Of a DNA stretch of 64,000 bases, positions 27,681 to 41,622 are shown piece by piece. The stretch comes from Octopus vulgaris. Taxonomy: Eukaryota. The notes under the pieces are model-generated. The model made no database searches and was not told the DNA's origin. It was given only the letters and a program-made list of their open reading frames with translations. The stretch's first letter is position 1. Each line of letters starts with the position of its first letter. The stretch spans positions 20,522,001-20,586,000 of the forward strand of contig OX597821.1 of NCBI GenBank assembly GCA_951406725.2. The letters run 5' to 3'. The position numbers were made by a program, and so were the translations under genes.

Positions 27681-29027
27681 TGGCTTCTCACCTGGAATCC
27701 ACGCTCGAATCATCGCTGATGAATTTTTTCTAATTTTGCTCGTCTTCTGCCTTTTTGCCGCTAAAATTGAAATTGTTGTTTGGCGGATGTCCAGGTATCT
27801 TCTCAAAGAGTTTCTTCCCATTTCAATTACGGAATGAGCGGAAAGCTCTTTCCGAAATCATTATTGGGTATGTTTTTTTAATCTATTCCTTTTCACAACA
27901 TGGCCAGCACTTTTCTAAATAGAGGAATGGGTGTAGGAATGCTTCCTCGGTTCAATCGACCCGAGAGGCATAGTAGTCAGCCAAGCGTATCGTTCGCCCC
28001 ACTCTTTGGCTTTTGCAAAATACCTACAGACAATAACATCACTACCAACACCAACACCGACACTACCATCAACACTACCATCAACAACATCGTCGTCAGC
28101 AGCCAAAACAGGACCGCTATCACCAGCATGACCCGTGACACCTACAACAACAATAACGACATCGGCAAAAACAACGCCAACAACAATAATAGTAGTAACG
28201 AAACCAGCAGCAACAGCAACGATAACATTATAAATAACTGCAGCAGTAACGGCATCAACAAAAGCGCTGACTTCTGCGACAGTATCAACAGTAGTGCTAT
28301 TAATGAAGATTAGTAACGAGCATATACATCCGTAATTTAACTAAATTCTTTATATCACCTATCACTTAGCGTATGCACATTCCAAACTTGACATGCACTT
28401 TAGAAAGAAACCAGTTTTTCGTTCACTTGTCATATGCAGTGACTATCAGTAAATCACATATATATGTTCCATTCTCAAGGGCTTGCAAATTATCTTGTTG
28501 TGAGAATTAGGATTATCAACACTGACAAACAAGGGTAAAGATGGAGGAGAACTTACACGAAGAACATAGTCTGCAAAGAAGTTTTGGATCGAAAGGTGTA
28601 CGCAATTTCAAACGTGTATTGGGTCTGATCCATCGCATTGGTTCATAAGTCACCAAGTATGTGGCTTTCAGAATATAGCATGCTTCTTTAAATTTTTACC
28701 CCCGTGAAATTGTGACCCCCACATTTTACTTATAAAACATTTCTTTTTCACAGTAAAATTTTGTTTTCTACATTGGATAATGTACATTTCAAAATGTAAT
28801 TTTTTTTCTGTTTATTGTAAAAATGGAAAACTAAGCGTGAATGTTTATTTTGTCAGTGCTGTGTATCATGTAAATAAAATTGTGTGTAATGTATATAAAG
28901 TATATATAAATTGCAATAAGTAATCATCGTATTCCAATTTCCTTGATTTTTCAGTGCATAGTTGATGAGTGATTATCTTTTGATACAGGCTAGGCTTTCA
29001 GGTATTTTCAATTAAGTTTTGAGGAAT

Positions 29028-29573
29028 AGTGCATGTCATCAAAGTGACACTGGGTAAAATATACGAAACCCAGTATACCCATCATGACTACCTCTCTGTT
29101 AATGGTACACCAGGCACATGCATCACAACCACAGTGCGCGACATAGTGATCTCATATCAAGATAAACAGCGCATGACCTTGCAGGTGGGGCCCAGTTAGA
29201 ATTACCCTCTGATCGAGTAGCCCCTCTCCCACTGAAAAGGTCCCTGAATACGGATTGTTTAAGGATGTTCAATGAACCAACCATGTTACCAAAGGTGAAT
29301 TATCCAAACCTCCAAGAATCCCTCTCAACACATGGCTATGATGCTTCTCCACTACTTCTGCCCATGATCAGCGCTGCACATATTGTCAGCCACTAAGGGA
29401 CATGCTCAACTGATTAAGGTCAAACAACTGACAAGCAAATCTGTGGTATTGAGCAGAATATTTGCTGTAGCCCATATTTTATACCAAGACAAACAATGTA
29501 CATGATAACACTTCCAGTCAGTTAAGATCAGAAGCCATGAGTGCCACTGCCTGGTACTGCATCGCATCAGGGC
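29028..29573 (-). mobile_element. ~555-bp element, copy 2 (more diverged)
   Basis: Reverse complement of 8505-9058; (ATT)n adjoins at 29575. Confidence 0.9.
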
Positions 29574-29595
29574 ATTTATTATTATTATTATTATG

Positions 29596-29649
<54 letters not shown>

Positions 29650-29651
29650 AA

Positions 29652-30085
29652 GGCGGCGAGTAGGTAAAATAATTAGCACGTTGAGTGAAATTCTTAGCAG
29701 TATTTCGTCAGCCGCTACGTCTTGAGTTCCGATTCCGCCGAAGTCGACTTTGCCTTTCCTCCTTTCTGGGTCGATGAATTAAGTACCTGTGAAACATTGG
29801 GGCCAATGAAATCGACTAGTTCTCTCTCACTAAATTTCAGGCCTTGTGCCTTTATCAGAAAGGCTTATTAAGGTGGTGAGCTGGCAGAATTGTTAGCACG
29901 CCAGACAAAGGGTTTAGTGGCATTTCGTCTGTCTTTACGTTCTGGGTTCAAATTGTGCCGATATCGATTTTGCATTTCATCTTTTCCAGGTCGATAAAAT
30001 TAGTACCAGTTGGGTACTGCGGCATTTGTATTTGACTTATCCACCTACCCGCAAAACAAAATTTAAAAAATGCCAGGCTTTCTCC
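29652..30085 (+). mobile_element. Two tandem SINE family A copies (~29652-29860 and ~29872-30085)
   Basis: Each begins GG(C/T)GG(C/T)GAG...TTAGCACG and contains a B-box (GAGTTCCGATTCC / GGGTTCAAATT) and the GGTCGAT..AGTACC core. Confidence 0.8.
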
Positions 30086-30265
30086 TTCCAGCAGAAATTA
30101 TTATTAATATTCTTCTTCTTCTTCTTCTTCTTCTTCTTCTTCTTCTTCTTCTTCTTCTTCTTCTTCTTCTTCTTCTTCTTCTTCTTCTTCTTCTTCTTCT
30201 TCTTCTTGCTGTTGTTTTTAATATTGCTATATTTATTGTTGCTTCTTATAATAATAATAATAATG

Positions 30266-30338
<73 letters not shown>

Positions 30339-30344
30339 TGATAA

Positions 30345-31136
30345 TCAGCAATGGTTGAGAAGCTCAGGACTCAAAGCAGAAACAGAGGGATGTTTAATTG
30401 CAGCACAAGACCAAAGCCTCCACACCAGAAATTACCAAAAACATGTAATGAAAAGAAATATAACAAGTAACTGCAGAATATGTGGAGATGGACAAGAAAC
30501 AATAAATCATATTATCTCTAACTGCCCAGTACTGGCTAAGAAGGAATATATTCACAGACATGACAGAGTTGGAACCTACATACATTGGAAGCTATGCCAA
30601 CATTATGGAATAACAACAGAAAAAAGATGGTATAGGCACACACCAGAAAAGTTCACAGAAAACGAGAAAGCAACCATACTCTGGGATATGCCGATACACA
30701 CAGATAGAGAAATTAAGGCCAACAGGCCAGATATAGTTGTCAGAGATCATGAAGAAATAAAATGCTTTCTAATTGATGTATCAATACCGGCAGATGACAA
30801 CGTGTCTCTAAAAGAAATGGAGAAACTCTCAAAATACAAAGACTTGGAAATAGAGGTAACCAGAATGTGGAATCTGAAAACAAAAACAATTCCTATCATA
30901 ATAGGTGCATTAGGCATGATAAAAAATATTCAGACAAATACATAACAAAAACACCAGGACTTACAAACACATATAACATACAGAAAATTGCACTACTAGG
31001 CACTGCACACATCCTACGCAGAACACTTTCCATACAATAACCACCAGAGCATCACAACAAATCACAGCACATACCCAAGGCACACAGAGCTGCGCTCGGT
31101 AGTGAAGTGAAAGCACGCTATAAAAATAAAACTACG

Positions 31137-31137
<1 letters not shown>
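30345..31137 (+). mobile_element. Young 5'-truncated R4/Dong-type LINE (RLE domain + 3'UTR)
   Basis: QWLRSSGLKAETEG..AAQDQSL, CRICGDGQETINHIISNC, HRHD, ILWD, RPDIVV, IDVSIP and EKLSKYKDL with one late frameshift. (AAT)n on both flanks. Confidence 0.95.
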
Positions 31138-31229
<92 letters not shown>

Positions 31230-31835
31230 AAATAATAACAATAATAATAGTTGTAGTAGTAGGAAAAGTTCGAGTTTGGGTGCGAGGAGTACTGAAACAA
31301 ATAAGAAAATGTAATTTATATTTATAAAATCAGCAAACTTGTTTTATCTTTCAAATATTATTGTTTTTAACAATATTAACATTCTCTCATGCCACCTTAT
31401 TCACAATCATATCACGATAACTAAAAGTGCTACCTTTGTTTTTTGTCAAGCCTACACTCTTTCCTACAGCATTTGGTAGTCAAAGTTATGCCCCATATCT
31501 GTTGAATGGGAAAATGGAAGAGAACCAACACTAAGTCACTCACGCATACACATACGTGCAGAGACTCACACAGACAAACTGAAAAAAAAACACATACGCA
31601 TACACACACGAAATCATATACACCATACGCTGTAAAAGGGAAAAAATAACGAAAATATAATAGTCTAAAAAATAGAAATCAAGGGAAAAACAAATAAAGA
31701 GGGCAAATTTAAAATAAATCAGACAATACTATGGAAATATCATATATATATATATGTGTGTGTGTGAGTGTATGTATGTATGCTTGCATGTGTGCATGTA
31801 TATATACACATATATATATATATACATATATATAC

Positions 31836-31886
<51 letters not shown>

Positions 31887-32021
31887 CTCATATACCAATA
31901 TATATACATAAATATATATGCAAACGCATATGCCAATATAGATGTATGCGTCTGTGTGTGTATGTGTGTGTGCGTGTGTGTATGTGTATGTGTGTCTATG
32001 TGTTTTGGTGTGTTGATGTCT

Positions 32022-32089
<68 letters not shown>

Positions 32090-32819
32090 GGGAAGTGCTG
32101 GAGTTCTACAGTGCATATTTAGAACAATTCCTCTTTGGCAATGCATATCACGATTTGAAGATGGTTGAAAGTTTGAAAACAATTTTTGCGGATTGCTGAT
32201 TTTTATTTATAATTATTTATTTTTAGTTTCCCGTCTTGTTCCACTTTCAGTCCTTTCTATACATTTCTTCACATCTCATTATTGTTTCATTTTTTTTTTT
32301 CTGTGAACATTATTTTTTCTTTTCCCTCTATATTTTTTCGCTTTACTTTTTCTCCTTCCTTAAGCCTTTTTTATTTATATATTTCGTCATGTTCCTCTAT
32401 TACTAGTTTTCATTTGTAGGGTGAGTCTTTTTATCTTTACCTAAATCTTTTTTTTTTATTTATACTGCTTACTTTCACTTTCATTCTCGTCCTGTTATTT
32501 TACTTAAAATCTGTCTCCGTTTATTGACGTCATTTCTTCCATATTTTGGATTTACTTCCTTGTTTCTTTATTATAGCTTTCCTCTTTTTAGTTTACAGTT
32601 CTGATTTTCCTACTTTTTGGTACACATAATACTTTCTTTATATGTACCTTTCATTTGCACCATTTGTATCCAATTTCTTCTATATTGTATCCTCTCTCTC
32701 TCTCCATCTCTCCCTCTCTTTCTCTGTCTATCTATCTATCTTGCTACATATTTGTCTAAGATTTGGTTGTCTCTATATTTTCCTCTCTCTTTTTCCTTCA
32801 CTCTTGCGTCGATTATGAT

Positions 32820-32911
<92 letters not shown>

Positions 32912-35039
32912 AAATTTGTGTATGTATGTACTTATGTATTTGCTTCCATTTTATTCCATTTATACCCTACTTCAGTGCCACATTTATTTTGATTAGCGGC
33001 TGAGTGTCTTTGCTAACAAATCTGACGCTATCGCTTTTGTCCTTATCAGTATTCAAGAAACACACAAAGAGATCGATAGACAGATAAATAGATAGACACA
33101 TATACATGAGGATAAGGGATAAATAAAGGAGACAAACTGTCAAGCTTTTAAGAAGAAAATGATCAAACAAAAGTGAATTCTTCCATTTTCGTTCTAAATA
33201 AATAATATTCGTATTTAGCAGAAATTCATTTTTTTTTGTTCTTGTTAAAGGAATATCAAAACTATTTTTGCTTGTCTTTTGTCTGAATTGTTTTTCTGCC
33301 AACTTTTCTTTTCAAATTAAGTAGTATTTGTGCTTGAGATTTTACATTGTTTTCTTGTTGAATATAATGAGAAATAAAAATCTATGATTCTGTTCATGGC
33401 AGCGTCATATATTATATAATTATGTACAAAAGTGTATTTTTGCATCCTTAGTGAGAGTACGTAGCGAATTTATAATTGCTGTCAGTGATTTTGTTGAGTT
33501 GCTGGTCATTGGTTGTTTTCTTCGTGTTTGCAATGAGTGAAATTATTTAAATGGCTTGAGTGATTTAAATTCATGTACATGGAAAGAACCTTTGAACTAA
33601 TTATATTAAATGTTGTCCTCTACGGTGAACTTACCTCGATATCTATTTGAGCCATCCAGCTAATAGTGACTCTCTCTCTGGTGTACTTGAACCAGCAAAT
33701 TTAAATTGTATCGTATATAAACTTCATTCCACCTTCTCCTGGTATTATGCAGTATCCAGCAAAAGGATGGATAAATGCGTTGGTACATGATCGGAAATGG
33801 GAGCTTCCATTAGGTAGGACTTACATTAATTGTGTCGGCGTGGTTGAATTTAGTGACGCTCTGACATCTTTGTGTACCAGGTCGCTTAGATTGTACGATT
33901 ACTGTTAGGCTTTTGTTGTAATCGAGTTCTTGAGTGCTGTACATTACTTTGGAATACGTGGGGCAGATGATATCGCATCATGGATAATTAAATTTTGCCC
34001 AATCGTCTCATTCCTGAGTTCAGTATATGCAATCCCAATGGCGATGACGATTCCTGTTGCAAATTTTAAAACGAGACATAATAAGCCGAACTTAATTAGA
34101 TATACTCTTATTCTGTCTCGCCTTCAAATAAGCGAAAATAAGAATACTTAAATGTTATTCAAGTACCATCATACCACATAGTCAGTATTCGTGTATGAGT
34201 TATTTAGATTTAATCTTTTAAGATCTTGTGTATTGCTTACAAACACAACAAGCTTTCTTCCACATAGGACGGGTTTGCTTTATTGACACACTGCTAAATT
34301 GTGAAGAAGACGGATGTAGTATATAAGACATATTTGCGTTATAAACTATTTCATTGTCATCTTGTAATTTTTCCCTTCTTTTTTTAATTTTTTGGTTTTT
34401 GCGTTCCACACGAAAAGACTCACTATTTATACCATGCCTTCAAATGTTAAAACCATACAAAAAATTAATTGCTTAAATATTCTCAGAAAGGCTTCGTATA
34501 ATTTTTTTTTAAATCTTAACGAACTTCTTCAATGTAGAGTAATATGTATACATAGGCATTTAAGAAGAAATCGAATACTATCAAAACTTTATTTTATCTG
34601 TTTTACGACCCTTTAACAATTCTGCTGACTTTCTGGCCTGTAATAGTACTTTCAAATTTTGCCACAAGGTCGATAATTACGTAGGAGGGTGAAGGTCGAT
34701 TACATGAAACCCAGCGTTCAACTAGTAATTATTTATTACACCCAGAAAGGATAAAATTCATAATAGACCGTGGTGAAATTTGAACGAAAAGCTGTTAAGC
34801 GTCCGAACGATTCTGTCATAAAGAAAAAGGAGAAGAAGGAAGAAAACGAGAAGATGAAGAAGAGAAATGAGGATGAGAATATAAAGAGTAAGAAGGGAAA
34901 AGAACATGGAACAGAATAGAAAGGAGGAGGAGGTGAAATTGTAGTAGATGGAGAATAAAATAGTAGACGATAAAAACACAATAATACGCATCCGAAAAAT
35001 TAAAAATAAAATAGTTGTTGTTGACAAACAACACCAGTA

Positions 35040-35248
35040 ATTTTATTCAGCCCAATACACGTCATTGATTGGTTGAAATTACCGAAATACGACAACTTTA
35101 AAACGAAATAACTTCGTAAATACAAACTTTTCTCAAAAACGCTATGAGTAAAATATATTTTATATGACACATTCTTCTAGCATACGAAGTTTGAAAGTAT
35201 TTATTTACAAAAAATTTTCGAAATGTGCCGGTCAAAAGGTAAAGATCC
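35040..35248. mobile_element. Probable terminal fragment of a non-autonomous DNA transposon
   Basis: Non-tandem block ending abruptly at GCCGGTCAAAAGGTAAAGATCC next to (AAT)n; the partner terminus was not found. Confidence 0.3.
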
Positions 35249-35310
<62 letters not shown>

Positions 35311-35421
35311 TAATTAATAATAATAATAATAATGATGATAACAATAACAACAGCAATAATAATAATAATGATAATAATAATAATATAATTATTATTGTTA
35401 TTGTTATCATTATTATTGTTA

Positions 35422-35479
<58 letters not shown>

Positions 35480-35480
<1 letters not shown>

Positions 35481-35688
35481 TCAATTTTTGGTACAAGAGC
35501 AGTTTGGAGGAAGTGGGGTTGAGTCGATTACATCGACCCCAGTGTTCAGCTGGTACTTATTTTATAGATCCAAAAGGATGAAAAGCAAGGTCGACCTCGG
35601 CAGTATTTCTACTCAGCACGTGAAAATGGACGGAATACCGCTAATCATTTCGTCCAGCAAGCTAACGATCCTGCCAGCACACCGCCTT
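35480..35688 (-). mobile_element. SINE family A copy
   Basis: GTCGATTACATCGACCCCAGT...AAGGATGAAAAGCAAGGTCGACCTCGGC...GCCAGCACACCGCC. Confidence 0.8.
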
Positions 35689-35719
35689 AGAGGAGACACA
35701 TAATAATAACAATAAATAT

Positions 35720-38125
35720 AAGATGCAACACGTCTACTATTAAACAGACAGTAAAACAGATATGCTTGGTAATAAAACTTCGAAAATAGCAGAGGTGATT
35801 TTTTAATCTATCAGTCTGAAGCACTGAAGATACGAAAACAATTTTTCGCACGGATCCACGGACGGTTTTTTGCCAAAAAGTTAATTCTGAATAAGCAGAA
35901 CCCTTCTAATTTCACTTCCCAAGCGGAAAACAAAACCAAAAGAGAACGAAGTTGTAAATGCATTTAAGCAGCAAAACTATAACCGGGAAACACATGGAGA
36001 ACAAGAAAATCATACCAAATATGGAGAAAAGGAAATACTGACAGAAGGGGAAAAGTTTCGGAGTATACTCTTGCTAATGTCCGGCGATATATATTGCGAG
36101 AGGAAATGGACAAACTATTAGATATAATACACACGGAAAATGAAACAAAACACCTCATAACTCAAAAGAATGGACTACAATGAGGCAAAACCAGCACATC
36201 AAACAATATATCTCCAAAATCGCATAAGCCACTACAAAAAAAAATGGAACTCAACAGATGTAACACTGCACAGAATAAATAAAAGGCTAAACCAGTCGAT
36301 AAATATGGACCAGCGTAAACGTCTTTCCCGACTGCAAAAAATTAAACAGCTCTATGAAAGGATAAATAGCTGCAACAAAGTTTTACAAGTAATAATGACC
36401 ATATCAAAAGATACACTAGATATCAACAAAGTAAATGACTCAATCTACTCAACAGCCGTGGTCATATCCTTGGAAACTGGATTTGACCCTTTCGAAGAAA
36501 AAAGAAGAAAAATCCCGGTCAAATCTCAAATCCCCAAATGGAAAGAGATCGTATTAAATAAAATTCAAAAATAAAAGACTTAACACTACTTTGTTGAATT
36601 GGAGAAAACGAGATCAAATATGAAAAATAAAAAGGGCCCATATAACAAAGCAATACAATATTTAAAATAAAGAAGATTCCTGAGAGATAAAAGGAAAATT
36701 AAGCAGGGCATAACAACAAAAACTTGTCGCATAGAACGGTATGAAAAACGGGACCGCTTTTTCCAACAAAATAGAGAATTCAAATAAACACAAAAAGATT
36801 TGAACGGAAGTTAAACGACAACAAAAAAAGAACTATATCAATATACGCCATACCAAAAACATCATGGATCCGGTCATACTGGGAAGCAATACGGAGCAAA
36901 CCAAAAGCGCACAAGAAAAATGACCAATTCATTAGTAGGAGAAAGGAAAGGAAGAAAATGGAATAACATATATGTCCCACCATCACAAGTCAAGTTATTC
37001 CGGACACACTGAGAAGTAGCAGCAACTGGAAAGCTCCAGGGATAGACAATGTCCGCAACTTCTGCTTGAAACACTTCACCAGTACCCATAACCATTTAAC
37101 AGCAGCATTCAGCTTATTGATAAGTGAGTCAGAATCAACACTAAACTGGATGCTGGAAGGACAAACTACCCTAATTCCCCAAAACAAAGACTCTATACTC
37201 CCATGAAATTACAGACCAATAACATACCTATCAACACCTTACAAAACCCTAAAATTAGTCATTTATAACCGTTTTATAAAACACCTGGAAAATAACAATA
37301 TTATTCCAGAAGAACAAAAAGAGTACAGGGGAGGGATATATAAGGAGTAGATTGTGGTAAACCGGAGAAAGACAAACCTGAACATTACTTGGATTAATTA
37401 GCAGAAAGTATAGTCCCATCACTACTAAAATATATTATAAATGCAATGGCAAACTGGAAAACTAGTATAACATTAAAAAATGACACACAAGTTATTAAAA
37501 CCTACCTTATACATATAAGAATCGGTGTTTTCCAGGGAGATTCACTGTCACCTCTGCTTTCCTGCCGTTCTCTGACCCTGCTAACAAACTTGTTAACCAA
37601 AACTACCATGCATTATGTGTGCTATGGAAAAACAATAAACCATTTCTTGTATATGGATGAAAAAGCTTTTCCTTAAAAAGTACCATCGAATAGAGAAACC
37701 TTATGAAAAATGTCCCTAGTTTCAGCAAGGACGTCAGAATGAGCATGGAGCTGGATAGGTGTGCTGTAGGCATACGAAAAAAAGGCATATTAATCGGCAT
37801 TGAAAACAGAGAATTAGACCGCAACCGCCTATACAAATATCTAGGAATGGATGAAACTGCTAAATCACAACACACACAAATGAAAGAGAAAATTAGGAGA
37901 GAGTATTACAGAAGAGTTAGACTAATATTGAACACAAAACTCGATGCTAAAAATAAGATATTAGGAATAAACTTGCTAACCATACCAGTCATGAATTATC
38001 GCTTTAACATTATAAACTGGACGATCAGTGAATTGAGAAACCTGGACCAAAAAAATAAAATCCCCAGAAACTACTAACAGCGTACCGATGTTACCATCCG
38101 AAAGTGGACGAAGACAAAATAATGC
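35720..38125 (+). mobile_element. Old R4/Dong-type LINE (N-terminal region and RT), lacking the 3' end
   Basis: Broken frames give NWKAPGIDNVRNF, NYRPIT, IGVFQGDSLSPLL, INHFLYMDE, YKYLG and EKIRREYYRRVRLIL..LDAKNK. Confidence 0.88.
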
Positions 38126-38243
38126 TAGTTCTTTCTTTCTCTCCGACTTACAGGTCTACACTGAGGGAGGTACCATTCCTTCTTGTCGTTTTCGAAGCTT
38201 TCATTCACCATTTTCTCAACTTTCACTCACCTTTTCGCGATCA

Positions 38244-38690
<447 letters not shown>

Positions 38691-39677
38691 TGCAAAACTC
38701 CATGAAAAATATGCAAATTTTAGAAAATTTTAGAGAAGACACGATTTTTAGTGAAACTGTGTGTTATGAGACACTTGTAATTTCTGGCAAAAAGAATTTT
38801 GTTTTAAAGAGAATGAAGGAGATTTGTTTAGTGTGTGCATGATTAAGTGAGTGAACGAGAGAGATAGAGTGAGATAGAAGGGATAAAGAAATATAGAGAC
38901 GGGAAATAAGTGTGAGTATTTTGTTGTGTAAGAAATAGCAGATACGAATAATGAAGTAGAATTCAAAGATTAGGAAATGCGGATTAAATTGAGAAGCAAA
39001 AATAAAAATAAAAGCAAAAAACAAAGAGTGATATGGAACAGAATTAATATGGGGAGAAATGAAAGAAATTCAGTGATTTCAGTATATTCCTCGGAGAATA
39101 TGTTTTATCAACAATGATAAATTACAGATTTTGTGAATTTTAATAAGTAAAGAATGGATGCATTTTGTATTGCATTTAAGCTTGTTTCTGAAAGTAATGA
39201 ATTATCAATGCCGAAAATAATGTAAGGTGAAATGAACCATTTATATTCTGAATGCAGTGTTATTGTTTTTGTGTATTTTCGATTTGAAATTTAACAGGAT
39301 CTAAAACGTATTTTCTCCTAGAAGTTGTCAAAAGAATCTGAGAAGGAGCAAAACGTAGAACATGCAAGAGTGTTTGCAAATAATGCGTAGGCACACCATT
39401 ATATGCATATACTTATACAAATCTGGTTGTGCATTGTATATACAGATATAAATGTACATATATACACTTCAACATATGGATAAAATGCTACATTTTCGTC
39501 GTTGTCATATTACATAAAAATCTTCTAAGTGTGATACTTGAAGTGGTATTTGATATCACGATATCATATAATATTGCACGTGTTCCATGCCAAATTATAT
39601 GATGTTCTATCTCCACAAAACCTTGCTTGGGAAACATTCATTATTGTGGTATTTCAACACCCACACTCAACCAAACA

Positions 39678-39742
<65 letters not shown>

Positions 39743-40396
39743 GTGTGCGTGTGTGTGTGTGTGTGTGTGTGGTTTTAGAGTCACGTTTTGGCTGCAATTT
39801 CCAAGCGTGGTTGTATCAGTTAGATACCCTAAATTATAATTTTAATAATAATTATTACCTTTGAAGGTTTTTATTCCCATGCTGGCCACCTGATAAGATC
39901 GGTATTTAAATAATAATCTTATCCTTATTTACATAAATGGTGACTAAGCCTTGCATAGGATTTATAAGCCATATGTTTTGAAGGAGTGACATGCTACCAT
40001 CGAGGGAAGACTATGACCAGCATGGGCAACTGCTGGTCTTCCATGAACCACCTTGCCCAGATTTGTGCCTCAGAGGGTAACTCTCTAGGGGCAAACCCAT
40101 TGTCAGTGTCTGACCGAAGGGGGTCACCACCACCACCACTATTGGGCATTGTACAAACGAATGCAAGTTTCGATGGCCAGCTCATCAGACCAGCAGGATA
40201 TCATTGTTACATCGGCACTTTCAAATTCAGTATACACATACAATCATCTTCAAAAGCTTAATGTAATGAAAACAATAATTTTTAAAATTGCTTCAGAGGG
40301 GGGAAGTTTTTTTTAGTAAGATATTAAAATGAAAGTGTGGGTGGTGGTGATGAATCTGAAGATGATGTATAATATATGAGAGAAAGAAAGAGAGAG

Positions 40397-40434
<38 letters not shown>

Positions 40435-40789
40435 GTAAGTTATCATTACTTACGTAGCGGTTTTAATAATATAGAAGAATAGAAAGTGAAATTTTAAATG
40501 AATGAGAGAAAGGTGCAAATATTGTGTTTATGAAATATAGAAAATAACATCGACAAAAAAAGAAATGAAGTGTGAATTAAACTAGAATGAGGGAGAGGAA
40601 GACAAAGTAAGAACGAAAAAAGTTATTTGGTAGGTCTGAGGATATTGAACTATGTAAAGTAAATTACATGCGGTGAATATTTGTCAGAAGAAAAATAATA
40701 CGATAAACTGATTTTAATAATGTTTAAACACTTTTTAATCACTATTAGAATTAGTTTATCTCACAATTATGCCTTGATTTATATACAGA

Positions 40790-40831
<42 letters not shown>

Positions 40832-40909
40832 ATATGATATAATATGATATAATATAAATAATATATAAAGATATGCATATATACATACCTACATATACAT
40901 GTATATATT

Positions 40910-41142
40910 TTTTTTCGTTACTACACACAAGGGGCTAAACACAGAGGGGACAAACAAGGACAGACACACGGATTAAGACGATTATATCGATCCCAGTGTG
41001 TAACTGGTACTTATTTAATCGACCCCGAAAGGATGAAAGGCAAAGTCGACCTCGGCGGAATTTGAACTCAGAACGTATTAGCAGGCGAATTACCGCTCAA
41101 GCATTTCGCCCGGCGTGCTAACGTTTCTGCCAGCTCGCCGCC
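40910..41142 (-). mobile_element. SINE family A, full length
   Basis: Reverse complement starts GGCGGCGAGCTGGCAGAAACGTTAGC; same core and tail as the 15737 copy. Confidence 0.92.
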
Positions 41143-41278
41143 TTTAAATATACATGTATATATATACATGCATATATGGGTACAGGACATCAAAAAATGT
41201 AGGCACAATGAGAAACGAAAGCATAAAAACAAAAACGTAGAAAACAAACTTTTTTCGAACACGCAGACAAATACAAAC

Positions 41279-41315
<37 letters not shown>

Positions 41316-41622
41316 CGTATACTAATTGATTACAGCTCTCTGCTTCATTAGTGCCACACACTGGAAAATTATGTACAAATATGTATGCAGCACATAGAAT
41401 TATACTGAATAATGATTTAAATTGCATATGAACTGACAGGTGTGTGGTAGAATGAGTGAACGACAACATAATCTAAGTTTACTAACTGTAGAATAGCATT
41501 ACTTTACCTCTTATTTTTCCCACCTTGTTTAACATTTATGTGCTTACTCTGGTGTAACCCATTCATTTTTAAGAAAGTTTGGGCGACTCACCACAAGTAA
41601 GAAGAAGAAATAGCTGAAAGAA

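Noticed and set aside
30070-30344. Poly-Leu/poly-Asn N-terminus of the 291-aa ORF (signal-peptide-like)
   Set aside because: In-frame (CTT)n and (AAT)n upstream of a truncated LINE; a chance fusion.
40160-40195. Minus-strand CTGATGAG..GAAA hammerhead candidate
   Set aside because: Helix II is weak and no helix I partner was found.
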